Positions 1-14,127 of a stretch of DNA of 64,000 nt are shown here, piece after piece. A program made the position numbers and the translations under genes. Where the stretch lies: NCBI RefSeq assembly GCF_009914755.1, contig NC_060942.1, one strand, 5' to 3'. The first letter of the stretch is position 1. Every line of letters begins with the position of its first letter. The DNA comes from the human T2T-CHM13v2.0 reference genome, Homo sapiens. Below the pieces are notes generated by a model. It made no database searches and was not told the origin of the DNA. It saw only the letters and a list, made by a program, of their open reading frames with translations.

Positions 1-649
1 AGGAGGCACCCCAAAACCAGTAACACTGCGAAAAAATTCAAACCATTTGGATGAGCTATAATTTCAATCACAAGTCTTTGTGAACTTAGAAATGTTTTCT
101 TAGATGTTACAAACAGGTTTCTATCATTTACCAAAAAACAAAAGAAAGCAAGAAAAAAAAGCTCCTACTACCTGAGACTAAGAAACATAATATGATATTG
201 TAAATCAGTCTATTATAATTAACCCAATTGTACAAGTAAATTATTGAAATTTCTTCGGTTCTAGCTGGGGGTTATTTATTTGTTTATGATTGTTTATGGT
301 TACTATGTCCACCATGAGGTCTTAACATTTTTGCCTTTAATTCTTTCCATGGGTTTGAGCACAAAACTATATGGTGAATGATGTTGTGAGTATCTTACCC
401 TTGCAATAATGCAGTCCTGTTTTTTCCCATATCATAAGAAGTCTGGTATTATTATTGGTATTTTGACTGAAATTATCATTTTCTCCCTTAATCATTTAAC
501 AGATATGTACAAGTTGTAGATAGCAGATTAATTGCCTTTTATTCTGCTATTTTCTGAAGCCTCATATTTTTGCAATGAATTCTCCCTTAAATGTTTTACC
601 TTTTATAAGGAGATTTTAAAGAATCTTTTGCTGGTTGTTATCTATACTT

Positions 650-1065
650 AGATGCAAATACAAACTGTTTATTTACCATGGCCTACAAGACCTTACAGGT
701 TTCACTCTTCCTACACTAATGTCCTCCTGAATCCTTTATCATCATGTTCCAACCCACGTTTCATTTCTATCTATCCTTCAACCTTCCAAGCTTATTCCCA
801 AATCAGGGCCTTTATACAAACAAGATGTTCATTTTATATTGGAATGTAATTTTTGAAATATTCATATGGATTCTCAACAATCATTAACTGCTCAGTTGAC
901 ATATCACCTTTTAGGGAGATAATTATTCCCCAAATCTGTTGTTAGGGTTGTTTCTTCAATTACAATGTAAGAAGGGCAGATTCATTGTCTTCATCATTTA
1001 CAACTGCATTTCTAGTACCTAGAATAAATTCTGATACATAGCAGGTTCTCCCTAAGTATTCTTAA
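650..1065 (+). mobile_element. Degenerate L2 LINE 3' fragment
   Basis: Ends in an L2-like 3' motif (tctagtacctagaataaattctgatacatagcaggttctcc); upstream 'ccatggcctacaagacctt' is also L2-like. Confidence 0.5.
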
Positions 1066-1169
1066 ATATAAAAATATTATGTCTTCCTAATTTGTTGAAA
1101 TTGTCAGAATTTCAAAACAGTAGTAATGGAAATTCCATTTTTAAATTTTCATTTTAGAAGAAAGACTTT

Positions 1170-1506
<337 letters not shown>

Positions 1507-3569
1507 TTAGATTTGTAAATAAGTATTAAAAGTACTTTTATAGAAACATTTTTCTATTTCTAGTGAGTTAACTTAATCTGTTCGGGCCCACTGTCTGTAC
1601 TTTGGCTTAAGGACTTGGTGTTATTCAGCGCCTATGAATCATTTCTGTGTTAGCAACACTGAGTGCTATCTGTAAAACACTAACAACATAGAGACATTCA
1701 AAAATACATAGATAATACTATTTCTGAAAGAAAATGAGTTCTACATATCTAACATCTGATTATTAGAACAAAACATTCACATACGGTATATATCTTTCTC
1801 TGATAATAAGCAGGGGTTATCAAGAAGAAAAAATTCACCAAAACACAGATGCATCTTGTATATTAAAGCTTCTTTTTTTAGAGACAAATTTATTTTAAGA
1901 TACAAGCCAATTGGCAATTGATACCAAAATGCCAAGTTTTTAAATTAACAAATAGTTATATTAGTATCGAGAATAATATATCCTAATGGAGATAAAGAAA
2001 ATATAAGGATTAGTTATAAGTCCAGCAAAGAGATATATAGGGGAAACTAATATAATTTTTTTAAAAAAATGCTGTCTCTATAGGCGCACTTTCATTTTCA
2101 TGGAGACCTTCATCTTACTTTTCTTGGTTAGTTGTTATCTCTGGAAAAACTCTGGAAACACTGCCATGACTTGCCAAATGTTCCAAAATTACAGAAGAAT
2201 TTCAATGTCCTTACCAACTAAGGCAGAGTTTTTAAAAAATACAGAAAGAGGATATAATATAGAATATAAAGACTACGGAAGTAGTTTATTTTGACAAAGT
2301 ATTATTCAGGAAATTTGATGTACTTAGGTTCTGAAACTTAAAAATCTATTTCTTTTATCTCTCATGAAGATCCCCTTTGCCACTCATGTGACAAATGAAG
2401 TTTAAATATTTTGTATAATTGCCAATATCCTGGTGAGAAGCCTTTTGTGTTCACTCTCTCCATTAAGGTTTACACCACTATGAGCCTGATGTACTATTGA
2501 TCGGTTTTTACTGTGGTTGCCAAAATCCTTCTGCTAGAGCAATTTCCTGTAATTGTACTTGTACAACAAAGCTAGTGACATTTGAGGGTGAGGGCAAGAA
2601 TTAAAAAGATAAAACATTTTTGAGGCTCTAAATATTCCCAGTAATTTGAGAATTAGGTTATCATTAAATAAAATATAGTCTTTTCAAGTTAAAAATGCAA
2701 ACCTTTCTATTTTAAATTTATCCACAGAGGCAGGCTCTGTTATTATAGCTTGTTATTATTTTAATCATTAATAAAACTATTTTGAGTTGAAAAAATTAGG
2801 TTGATCTGCTTTGACCTCACTTATACTCATGTCACTACTCTCACTATAGATTTAGCGGACAAGATTTTCTATGCATTCTATCTAGAGAAAAATGATATGT
2901 TTGAAGACAAAGAATCTATATCTTCATGCTGAGTTATAAAGGCGGCCCTTTCAAAGAAAAAAAATTCCTCTTAAAACTGGGTTTCAATTCAATATCTAAG
3001 TTTATGAAAAATAATTTCTATTAATCCTCTGAGCTAGGGATTTTGAAAAAGCATACAAATGAATTCAAAAAGTAGAAAGAGGGATAATGCATGATGATGT
3101 AAGGAAAGAAACACCATCCTAAAAGAGGATTACATTTTACACAGTTGATGAGAATGGGAGGGAGCATACCTGAATTAAAATGTGAATGTGAAGTTCTTAA
3201 TCCCTGAGTCTGGGAGGAGACAATAAAAATACAATGAACTGCCCATTAATGTTTGGGAATCCTAGAAAAGAGGAATTGTTGTCCAGCTCCTTAAGATGTC
3301 CTCTAGAAAGACTGCCGGGGCATAAAGAGATCCATATGCTGTGCGTCAGCAGTGACTGAGCTGAGAATCTAAACAGATAGGCCTGAGGAGCTTTCAGAGT
3401 TTCCTGGATTCTAAATAGGAATATGAAGATATCTGTAATGGGCCATTGTATCTGGATAATTTTGATAATTTTCATCATCAAGATTAGGAAAAAATTAAGT
3501 GGATGCTTGGGACATGTGACTCTGTCATGTAGGAATACATGCATATTTCAATATGAACGTGGCATGCTA

Positions 3570-4200
3570 AGTAACTTCTGATTATATAATGTGTTTGGCA
3601 AAATTGTGGCTTATAACAGCATTAATCCATTTATTCTCCTCACAATCCCAAAATTTGGAAAGGGCTCAGATGGCAATTTTTATTCTATATGACAACACTG
3701 GAGGTAGTTCTACTTGGCTGTCAATATGGCTCAGACATAGAGCTAGTACATTGATGTTGGCTGCTGAATGATACCTCAGCTGGAAAGATTAATTTCCCTT
3801 TTTTCTGGAAATTTCCACCTAGCTGTTTGGGCTGTTTTTTTTCCTCGTTGGAATGATAGCTCTGTTTTAGTGATGAGTGCTCCAAGAGGCTTGGTGAAAG
3901 CTAAAAGTCTTTTTGTAACTTAGCCTTATAAATTCCATCTATTACCTCTACCATATTCTATTGCTCAAGCAAGCACTAAAGTCAGCCATTTTCAAGGGGA
4001 GTAGAATTTGATTCTAATAGTCTAAGTGAAGAGTGGCAAAAAGTTTGTGGTCATCTTTCTTCACAACTAGTCAGTTTACTCTCTGACCACAAATTAATTA
4101 TATTCCTTCACATGCAAAATGCATGTAATCTCTCAAAAGCCATGCAAAAGACTCATCTTATTACTGTATTGATGTGGAGGCCAATGTCTTGTCAGGTTTA
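3570..4200 (-). mobile_element. Old MaLR LTR (MLT1-like)
   Basis: 'gtggcttataacagc...atttattctcctcacaat...gggctcag' resembles the reverse complement of an MLT1 end. Confidence 0.45.
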
Positions 4201-4394
4201 AGTTAAGATGATGCTTCACTATTATGATTCTTTAAATATTATTCCCAGAGACCTACTTTTCATATTAAATCAATAATAAGTTTTACTTTAGAATATTCTA
4301 TATTGTAAAGCTCCTAATGTGTATAATATACATTTTACAAAATCATGAGTTTAAATACTTTAGTATGGTGAAGTTTAGAAAAAAAATACATATC

Positions 4395-5394
4395 CCTATT
4401 TATTAAAGAGACTGTCCTTTCTCCATGGTATGCTTTTAATGCCTTTGTCAAAATTCAGTTGACCGTAAATGTGAGAATTTACTTCTGGATTTTCTATTCT
4501 GTTCCACCAGTCTGTGTATCTGTTTTTATGTCAGTCCCAAGCTGTTTTGGTTACTATAGCTTTGTAGTATATTTTGAAGTCAGGGAGTGTGATATCTCCA
4601 ACTATCTTCTTTTTGCTCAGGATTGTTTTGATTATTCTGGGTTTTGGTGATTCCATACAAATGTTAGAATGTTTTTCTCTGTTTCTGTGAAGAAAGTCAT
4701 TGTTATTTTGATAAGGATTGCATTGAATCTGTGCATTGCTTTGGGTAATATGGATTTTAACATTATTTCTTCCAATCCATAAAAATGAGATATGTTTCCA
4801 CTTTTTTGGTGTTTTCTTCAACTTACTTTACGAGCATTTTATAGTTTTTCTCATAGAGATCTTTCTCTTCTTTGATTAGATTTATTCTTGGGTATTTTCT
4901 TGATTTATAGCTATTAAAATGAATTCACTTTCTTGATTTATATGTTCATATTGTTCACTCCTTAGATATAGAAATGCTACTGATTTTTGCATGTTGATTT
5001 TTTACCCTGAACTATTACTAAGTCCATTTACCTATTCTACCGGTTTTTTGGTGGAGTCATTAGAATTTTCCAAATATAAGATTATGTCATCTGCAAACAA
5101 GAAAAATTTGAATTCTTCATTTCCAATTTGGATGTTTTTTAGTTCTTTATCTTGTTTAATTGCTCTGGCTAGGACTTTCAGTGGTATGTTGGATAAAAGG
5201 GGTGAAAGTAGGCATCTTTATCTTGTTCCTGATCTTAGAAGAAAGGGTTTCAATTGTCGTCATTCAGCATGATGATAGCTGTTGGTTTGTCATACATAAG
5301 ATTTATTGTTTTGAGGTATTTTCTTTCTATACTCATTTTGTTCAGGGTTTTATCATGCAAGGATGTTAAAATTTATTGAATGCTTTTCAGCATC
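4395..5394 (-). mobile_element. L1MA-type ORF2 segment, inverted arm, part 1
   Basis: Minus ORF 4531-4821 gives an L1 ORF2-like peptide ([19 protein letters not shown]). Confidence 0.9.
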
Positions 5395-7826
5395 TGTCTT
5401 ACTCAGCTATAATACTGCTATAAATAAAGACAAGAGACTGAGTAATTTACAAAGAAAAAAGTTTTAATTGGCTCACAGATACATAGTCTATACAGGAAGC
5501 ATAATGTTGGCATCTGCTCAGCTTCTGGGGAGGCCTCAGGAACTTTCAATCATGGCAGAAGGCAAAGGGGGAGCTGGCACATCACATGAACGGGATAGCA
5601 AGGTAAAGAGCAGGGGTAGTTGCTACACAATTTTAGATGACCAGAACTCATGAGAACTCACAGAACCAGCACTAGTAAGATGGTGCTAATTCATTAGAAA
5701 TCATCCCCATGACCAAACCACCTCCCACCAGGCCCCATCTCCAACACTGGGAATTCTAGTTCTATATGAGATTTGGGTAAGAACTAAGATACAAATTATA
5801 TCATTCTCCCCTGGCCCCTCCCAAATCTCATGTATTTCTTACATTTCAAAATAAAGCTATGCCTTTTCAACAGTCACCCAAAGTCTTAACTCTTTCCAAC
5901 ATTAACTTAAAAGTCCAAACTCCAGTCTAATGAGAGACAAGCCTAGTCTTTCTTGTCAATTAACCTGTAAAATAAAAAACAAGATAGTTACTCCCACGAT
6001 ACAATGGGAGTACAGGCATTGGGTAAATGCTTCCATTCCAAAATGGAGAAATCAGCCAAAACAAAGTTTGGTGAATGAGTACAGGCCTCATGCAAGTCCA
6101 AAATCCAGCAGGGCAATTATTAAACCTTAAATCTCCAAAATAATCTCCTTTAACTCCATGTCTCACATTGAGGGCAAACTGGTGTTGGGGAGCAGTAGTC
6201 AAACCCTTGAGCAGCTCTGCCACTGTGGCTGCTCTCATAGGCTGGCGTTGGGTGCTTGCAGTTTTGCAAGGTACAGGGTGCAAGCTGTTCATGGATCTAT
6301 CATTCTGGGTTCTGGAGGATGGTGGCCCTCTTCTCACAGCTCAAATAGGCAGTACTCCAGTGGGACCTCTATGTGGGGGCTTCAACCTTACATTTCCCCT
6401 CCACAATACCCTAGCAGAGGTTCTCCATGAAGGCTCCACCCCTGCACCAGGCTTCTGCTTGTACATCCAGGCTTTTTCATATGTCCTCTGTAATCTAGGT
6501 GGAGGCTCCCAAGCCTCAACTCTTGCATTCTGTGAACCCACAGGCTTAACACTACATGGAAGCCACCAAGGCTTATGGCTTGTACCTTCTGAAGTAGCAG
6601 CTGGAGCTGTACTTGGTCCCCTTTTGTTCACGGCTGGAGCTGGAGCATCCGGGATGCTAGGAACAGTGTCCCAAGGCTGCACAGAGCAGCACAGCCTTGG
6701 ACCCTGCCCACAAAAGCATTCTTCCCTCCTAGAACTTGAGGCCTTTGATGGGAGGGGCTGGTGTGCATGTGTCTGAAATGCCTTGGAGGCCTTTTTCCCA
6801 TTGTCTTTGTAATCATTACTTGCCTCCTTTTTACTAGTGCGAATTTCTGCAGCCTGCTTTAATTCCTCCCTGGAAAATGAGGTTTTCTTTTTTACCACAT
6901 GACCAGGCTACAAATTTTTTGAACTTTTACACTTTGCTTCCTTTTGAAATATAACTCCAGTTTTAAGCCATTTGTTTATTCACACATATGAGAATAGGCT
7001 TTTAGGGGCGGCCAGGCCATATCTTGAACAGTTTGCTGCTTATAATTTTTTTTTTTTTTTTTTTTTGCCAGATACCCTAAGACATCATTCTCAAGTTCAA
7101 AGTTCCACAGATCCCTAGAGTAGGGTACAATTCAGTCAAGCTCTTTGCTAAAACATAGCAAAAGTGACTTTTACTCCAGGTCCCAATAAGTTCCTCATTT
7201 CCATCTGAGACCTCTTCAGCCTGGACTTCACTGTCCATATCACTATCAGCCTTTTCATCACAATTCAAGCAGTCTCTAGGAAGTTCCAAACTTTCCTTCA
7301 TCTTCTTGCCCTCTTCTGAGCCCTCCACACTCTTCCAACCTCTGTCCATTACCCAGTTCCAAAGCTGCTTCCACATTTTCAGGTATCTTTATAGAAATGC
7401 CCCACGCCTCAATACCAATTTTCTATATTAGTTAGTTCTTGCACTGCTATAAAGAAATACCTGAGACTGGGAAATTCATAAAGAAAAGAGGTTTAATTGG
7501 CTCACAGTTCCACAGGCTAAATGGGTAGCATAATACTGGCATCTGCTTGGCTTCTGGGGAGGCCTCAAGAAACTTCCAACCATGGCGGAAGGCAAAGGGG
7601 AAGCTGGCAGTTCACAGGGTCAGAGTAGTAAGGAGGGGGTGGTGCTATATACTTTTAAACAACCACATCTAATGGGAACTCTATCACAAAAACAGGACTA
7701 GAAGGATGGTGCTAAACCATCAGAAACCACCTCCATGATCCAATCACCTCCCACCTGGCCCCACCTCCAACATGGGGATTATAATTCGACATAAGATTTG
7801 GGTCACCACAGTTCCAAATCATATTG
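5395..7826 (-). mobile_element. Complete MST (MaLR) element: LTR 5395-5803, internal region 5804-7423, LTR 7424-7826
   Basis: Two homologous MST LTRs (ctgctataaa...gagactg...ttaattggctcacag...cttctggggaggcctca) flank an MST/THE1-type internal region. The 5-bp TSD GCATC lies at 5390-5394 and 7827-7831. Confidence 0.92.
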
Positions 7827-7831
7827 GCATC

Positions 7832-8090
7832 TAACGAAATGATCAGATATTTTTTGTCCTTGATTCTGTATCACATTTATTGACTTGCATCTGTTGAATC
7901 ATCCTTGTGCCCTGGGATGAATGCTATTTGATCATGGTGAAATTATTTTTGTAATGTGTTGATGAATTCAGTTTGCTAGTATTTTGCTAAGGATTTTTGA
8001 ATCTATGTTCATCAGAGATATTGACCCTTATTTTTGTTTGTTTGTATTTGTGTCTTTATCTGATTTTGGTATTAGGATAACACTGATCTC
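7832..8090 (-). mobile_element. L1MA-type ORF2 segment, inverted arm, part 2
   Basis: Continues the minus-strand L1 exactly where the MST interrupted it. Confidence 0.88.
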
Positions 8091-9420
8091 TTCAATAAAA
8101 TGGTGCTGGGAAAACCGGATAACCATATGAAAAGAATGAAGTTAGACCCCTATCTCTTATCACATATAAAAATCAAATTAAAATAGATAAAAAACTTAAA
8201 TGTAAGACCTGAAACTAATAGAAGAATACACTGAGTCAACACTCGAGAACATTTGTCTGGGCAAAGTTTTTTTTATGTAAGATATTAAAAGCATAGGCAA
8301 CCACAACAAAAGTAAAAAATGGGATTGTATGAAACTAAAAAGCTTCTGCACAGCAAAGGAAATAATCAACAAAGGGACAACCTAAAAAATGGGAAAAATA
8401 TTTGCAAACTACCCATCTGACAATAGGTTAATAGACATAATATGTATAAATAACTCAAAAACAAAAAACAAATAATCTGATAAAAATCAACAATAAAAAT
8501 CTGAATGGACGTTATTCAAAAGAAGACATACAAATGACTAACAGGTATATTAAAAAAAAAAGTACAGCATCACTAATCATCAGGAAAATACAAATCAAAA
8601 CCATAATTAGATATCATTTCATACCTGGTAAAACAGCTATTATAAAAAAGAGAAAATAACAGATATTGGCAAAAATGCTGAGAAAGGAAAATGCTTGTAC
8701 GCTGTTGGTGGGATTGTAAATTAGTACTGCACCTATGAAAACAAGTATGGTATTTCTCAAAAAACTAAAACTAACATTACCATATATATCCAAAAGAAAA
8801 AATCAATATACTAAAATGTATCTGTATTTCCCTGTTTATTTCAGCATTATTTATAATACCGAAGATAGGAAATAAACCTAAGCATCTATCAAAGGATGAC
8901 TGGATAAAGTGTGGTATTTAGACACACTGGAATATTATTTAGCCATAAAAATAATTAAATCCTGTAATTTACAACAATATAGGTAGAACTGCAGGACATC
9001 ATGTTCAGTGAAATATATCAGGCACAGAAAGACAAATATTGCATGTTCTTACTCATATGTGGCAGTTAAGAAGGTTGAACTCATGGAGGTAGTAAGTAGA
9101 AAGGTGGTTACCAGAGACTGGCAAAGGAAAAGGGTTGAGGAAGACGAAGAGAGTTTGGTGAATGAGTACAAAAATACAGTTAGAGGGAAGGAATAGATTC
9201 TAGTGTTTGATAGCACAGTAGGGCAACTTCAGTTAACAAGAATTTATTGTATATTTAAAATAGGTAGAAAATACTTGAAATGTTACAAATATTACAAAAT
9301 GGTAAACCTTTGAGGTGATTCTTATACTAATTATGTTGAATTTAGTATTGCATATTGCATGCATGCGTCAAAACGTCACATGTACTCCATAAATATGTAC
9401 AACTACCATGTATCTATAAA
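8087..9420 (+). mobile_element. L1MA-type 3' end (ORF2 C-terminus and 3' UTR), sense arm
   Basis: 'aaatggtgctgggaaaac' through an L1MA-like 3' UTR; near-perfect TSD aaaaatacatatc (4382-4394) / aaaaataaatatc (9418-9430). Confidence 0.88.
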
Positions 9421-9575
9421 AATAAATATCTTACAGTCAGAATCTACAAAAATGAAACATTTCATCAGGCTGTGATAATGCAACATGCATTTAATTTGTC
9501 TTATTCTATTATCTCTATATAGAAGTGAAGGACTCTTCTTTAAATGCCATGTAGCTTCTATGCAATGTGAGTCTT

Positions 9576-9640
9576 CTGTGTATGTGTGGTGTATGAGGTG
9601 TGTGCTTGTTGCATGTGGTGTGTGTGTGTGTCTGTGTGTG
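9576..9640. repeat. Imperfect (TG)n microsatellite
   Basis: Directly visible TG repeats. Confidence 0.8.
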
Positions 9641-12600
9641 CATATTTAAACCATATCTAGTACAAAATATTTTCTTAACAATTTTTCTAATCATAGATAT
9701 CTAGATCTCATTAATGAGGGCAGATGTTGACATCAACGCAACTGATCTCGTCTTCCTGACATTTTACTGCCACTCTTGTATAGCATACCATTTGCATTCT
9801 TGCACTGCATGGAAATCAGTTGCTTGGACATACTGAGCACATTTCTCTATCTCTATCTCATGCTTTCAGACACTGCCTTCTCTTCCACACATCTGTGTCT
9901 TGGCCTTTAATCTGCTTGCACTTCACATTTATTAATATCACCCCACTGGACACAATGACGTTTATGTTTGCAGCTGTTTGAACTAAGCCTTCTTAAGTAA
10001 GAGATTTCTAACAATTAGTTACACTCATATTTAGCTTATCACCGTGTAATGACCATAGATTTTGGAGGGCCTGGATGATTAAATGCAAATTAAACCTGAG
10101 GTTTACCTGGCTTTGTTCAAATATTTATAACCAATTAATTTCCTTCAAGGACACCATTCACAGTTGGTACAAAAAGATAAGATTTAATATTTTGGAAATA
10201 TTACAAAAAATCTGAACATCTTACAATTTAAAATTGAATTAAATTTAAAATTAAATTGTAAAATGTTTAGCCAAATTGTGATGCAACACTGAGTGAAATA
10301 CTATAATTTTAAAATGTTTCAGTTCTAACTCAGTATTTTAAAAATTTTAGATATATTGTAAAAAATGTATAGACCTCTGAACACAAATAACATGTATGTG
10401 GCAACTTGCAATTTTTATGCTATTTTAACTTTTTTTCTACTTTTGATGCAATTCTGGAAGTTAATGTCATCTTTACCTATTACATGATGGAGATAGGAAC
10501 TTTAGCCTCAAATCTCATATTTTTCCATCACCACCTCTGTCTCAGTAAGGAAAGTATTATTTATTTATTTGTAATAATCTTTATGAAGAACTTATTTTTT
10601 TCTCTACAAATTTCATCTTATAAATTTTGAGTTGCTTTTGCTTAGTTGTTTGTGGATATTCCCAAGATTCTCTTATAAATAATTTTGGAATACATAAAGG
10701 CATTGAAAATCCTTAGAAAATAAGTATATATGTCTTAGGTGTCTGTGTCTTAGTGTGTAGTCATGAAATGAAAATCTACACGAGGATTAATTAAAGGAAT
10801 AAATTACAATACACATGTGAGGCAGCAAGTTTCATGAAAAGAACAGGAGCATGCAGATCAGGAAACTAGCTGTTTTATCAGCTCCACCACAATAAGGTTA
10901 TTATCCTCCCAGAAACTGTTTTGGTCTGCCATATGGGTATGACAATATCGAGTTCACAGGATTCTTTTTTTGGTATGACAGATACCCAGCATAGAATCTT
11001 GCACATGGTAAGTTCTCAAAATTGGTTTTTTCTTCTCTATAATACTAACACAACCTGGAATGTTTTTCTAAAGTGAACTTGAATAAAGAATAATTTGATT
11101 AGGTGCTAACATCATTGTTTCAAAAATATTGCCAGGTGAATTTAAGATCCAATAGTACTAACTTCAATTTTGAGAACATAAAATACAGTCTATAAGATGG
11201 GCAACCAAGGAAGATATAGTCTTTTAAAAATTAATCCCTAATGAATGTTATTTCAATGACTTACAAGTAAATAGGAAAAAAATACATTTTCATTAAAACA
11301 ATTTTCTTATGCTATTGTACATTTCACAATGACTCCATAATTAATTTAAATTGGGTTCAACCCCAATATTTATGGGCACAACTATGTTGTTTTTTGTTTT
11401 TTCTCCCTTTTGATTAGTGACAGCTATGAGCTGCGGACTAAGTGCCTTCTTAATAACCAGGTGACTATGTTTAATATAAATTAATGGTAAAATGAAAGTA
11501 ATGAAATGCAGACATTTTGTACGTTCATAAACAAAGTGACAATAAAGTGTCCAATAGATTCAGTCAATAATGTTAGTGGAAGAAATTAAATGTTTATATA
11601 TAAAAGGCCAATTGATTCAGTTTAAGAGTGCTTTATGAAAATTCTTAATGTCATATTTGGATAAACTCAAATAATAATAAAATATTTGTCTTTAAAAGAA
11701 ATGAAGTGATAGCCAGGTACTATGTTATTGTATGTTACTTTAAGTTAATGTACTTAAATACTGAAAAAAAAAAAAATACACCAGAATCCCTGTTTTAAGG
11801 GAGCTGGAGGTTTATATCATCATTTTCATATTTGTACCATTAAAATGATCTGTTTTTTCAAAAATCTCTACAGATATTTAGAATTTAAATTATTCCTTTT
11901 CTAATTCTTTACAAAGCTTGATAGTATGTATATAGCAGTCAAAATGGAGGAAAGTGATAATGATACAATTTTAATAGGCATCATATCTTAATAAGTTTAC
12001 TTAATAAGACATATAAAAAATGTAAAATTTTTATGGCAAACATTATACTGAGGTGATAAAAAACTGCTGCTGAAGGTGCAGTTATTGCAGCCACACCTGT
12101 TAGAAAAGAGGTTGTCTTCTAACACTGAATTGTACTATGTTCTATTTTATCCAGACTACGTCAACTTCTCAACTCATCCATTCACGGCCTGTTCTCTGCC
12201 TTTTTATCCTGATCCTGTACTCTCAAACACGTTCTTTGGGATAACAATGATTTATTGGCAGGTCCTGTGTAATTAATTTAAACACTGTCAATGCTTCTAT
12301 TTAGAAAAAAAAAACAAAATAACCAATAATAATACACATTTTTAAAAATGGTGTAAATGTCTTGTATGTTTTGTTTTAATAAAACATAAATGCAACAAAA
12401 TACAATAAAAACAAAACACTATGCACTAATCCTCACATAAACACAAATTAGTATTTTTCTTCAATTTAAATCTGCTACTTTGAGCAAAAACAAATATTTT
12501 CTAATTTATTTTATTAAACTTCTGGTAATTTTGTTACTTATTTTTCACCTGTAATGCCATATACTTTTGTTAATTTTTAAAACTTGTAATGTTTGAACAT

Positions 12601-12937
12601 TAGTGTCTCACTTTTCCTTATTAGCTATAATTTTTCTATTTTTAGAAACTTAAAAAAAATCTTTCATATTATAAAAACAAGATAAACCCATTGTTATACT
12701 ACCTTTATAATTTTACCCCTATAGGTGTTCTTAAAGTGTAATGTCATATATATGTATATATCATGCATCTCTAAATATAGTTGCTATCATATGTTATATG
12801 TAGCTGTATATATTTTTCTTCCATAAGTATCAGGATATGTATCAATGTCACTAGATATTTACCAGTATCGTACATATGGCATGTACTAGTATGATACTGT
12901 GGTGACATATTAGAACAAGGACTAACAAACGGTGTAT

Positions 12938-13028
12938 TTTTCTTTTCTTTTTTATTTTTATTTCAATAGCTTTTGGGGTACAGGTGGTTTTTGGTTACAT
13001 GCATAAGTTCTTTAATGATGATCTCTGA
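12938..13028 (-). mobile_element. Very short 5'-truncated L1PB-like 3' end
   Basis: T-rich tail followed by 'tttcaatagcttttggggtacaggtggtttttggttacatg'. Confidence 0.7.
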
Positions 13029-13870
13029 ACACTCAGCTTTTTTTTTTAATTAGACCTTAGTGCTTTTTTCACTGCATGATATTATTTTTCAATAAACAGA
13101 GTTTCCTCCCTAAAGGCACAGTCACTGCCAGAGTCATAAAAATGGAGCAAAAACTAAATGGGTCAGGAGTGGGTATTACATGGGCATCTGTAACATTAAA
13201 TTACCAAATCTATCCATGTGAGTAAATTATGAATTATTTAATGAGACCAAAAATGTATTTTCATTTCTAATATGTAAGAAATGCTTACCTAAGAAATAAT
13301 TTATCAAGAGTTGTCCTAAGAAGCCTACTCCTTCCCCCAAAATGTGCATTGGCTAATTAGCAGAGAAAATGCAAAAGCATCCTCTCGAGAACTTCTAGGT
13401 ATCAATGTGAACTGTCGTAAGTGACAGCCAAAATAGATTTTATTAAAAACCCTTGATGAAATTTAGTGATATAACGAGAAATCAGCAGAATAAATTTTAA
13501 AAATACAAAAACTGCATATAGAAGGATGAAATGTAAAGTCCTGATTTTTGACAACATCATATTTAAAAATGCTAATTTATGTGTTATTTTTGTCTCCACC
13601 ATTGGAAAAATAGCCTTCCATTAACTGCTACAAGAAAGGGTAAAACCAGGGAGAGTCTGAGAAAAAAATAAAGATGAAAAAAAAAGTGCCTCGTTTTAAT
13701 TTTGTGTTCAACAGTGACCATCTGGTTGTTAGGATAAATTTGAAATGGGGAAAAATGAAGAGCATAACATCCTCTCAAAATCTCTTTTTAATTTATGCTA
13801 GATAAATTATTTTCTAGCTGGGCAAAATGAAGAAAATTTTAAAAAGAGGAAGCAGAGGAGAGCTAGAATG

Positions 13871-13919
13871 CACACACACACAAACGCACACACACACACA
13901 TGCACACAAACACAGACAC
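13871..13919. repeat. Imperfect (CA)n microsatellite
   Basis: Directly visible. Confidence 0.85.
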
Positions 13920-14070
13920 CCTGGTAGTAAGGGAAACTCTTTCGTGAACTGTGGTAGTCAACAGGCTTGTATAGATGAAAGGCTGGAGCTTGGGATGCCA
14001 CTAATTATCTCAAGGATCCTAGGAATCATGAAACCCGTGATTCCATGAGAAAGGCAAATAAAATATAATA

Positions 14071-14127
14071 CAGGGAACTTCAAAAAATTTGTGGGAAAAC
14101 TGAATTAAAAGAAAAATTTAAAAATGT
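14071..14127 (-). mobile_element. HSMAR2 mariner terminal inverted repeat end, separated from the body by an L1
   Basis: TA dinucleotide then 'cagggaacttcaaaaaatttgtgggaaaactgaattaaaaga', resembling the HSMAR2 terminus; the element resumes at ~21296. Confidence 0.72.

Noticed and set aside
5960-6898. Overlapping ORFs of 125-202 aa
   Set aside because: They lie within the MST internal region; the GC-richer repeat sequence explains the open frames.
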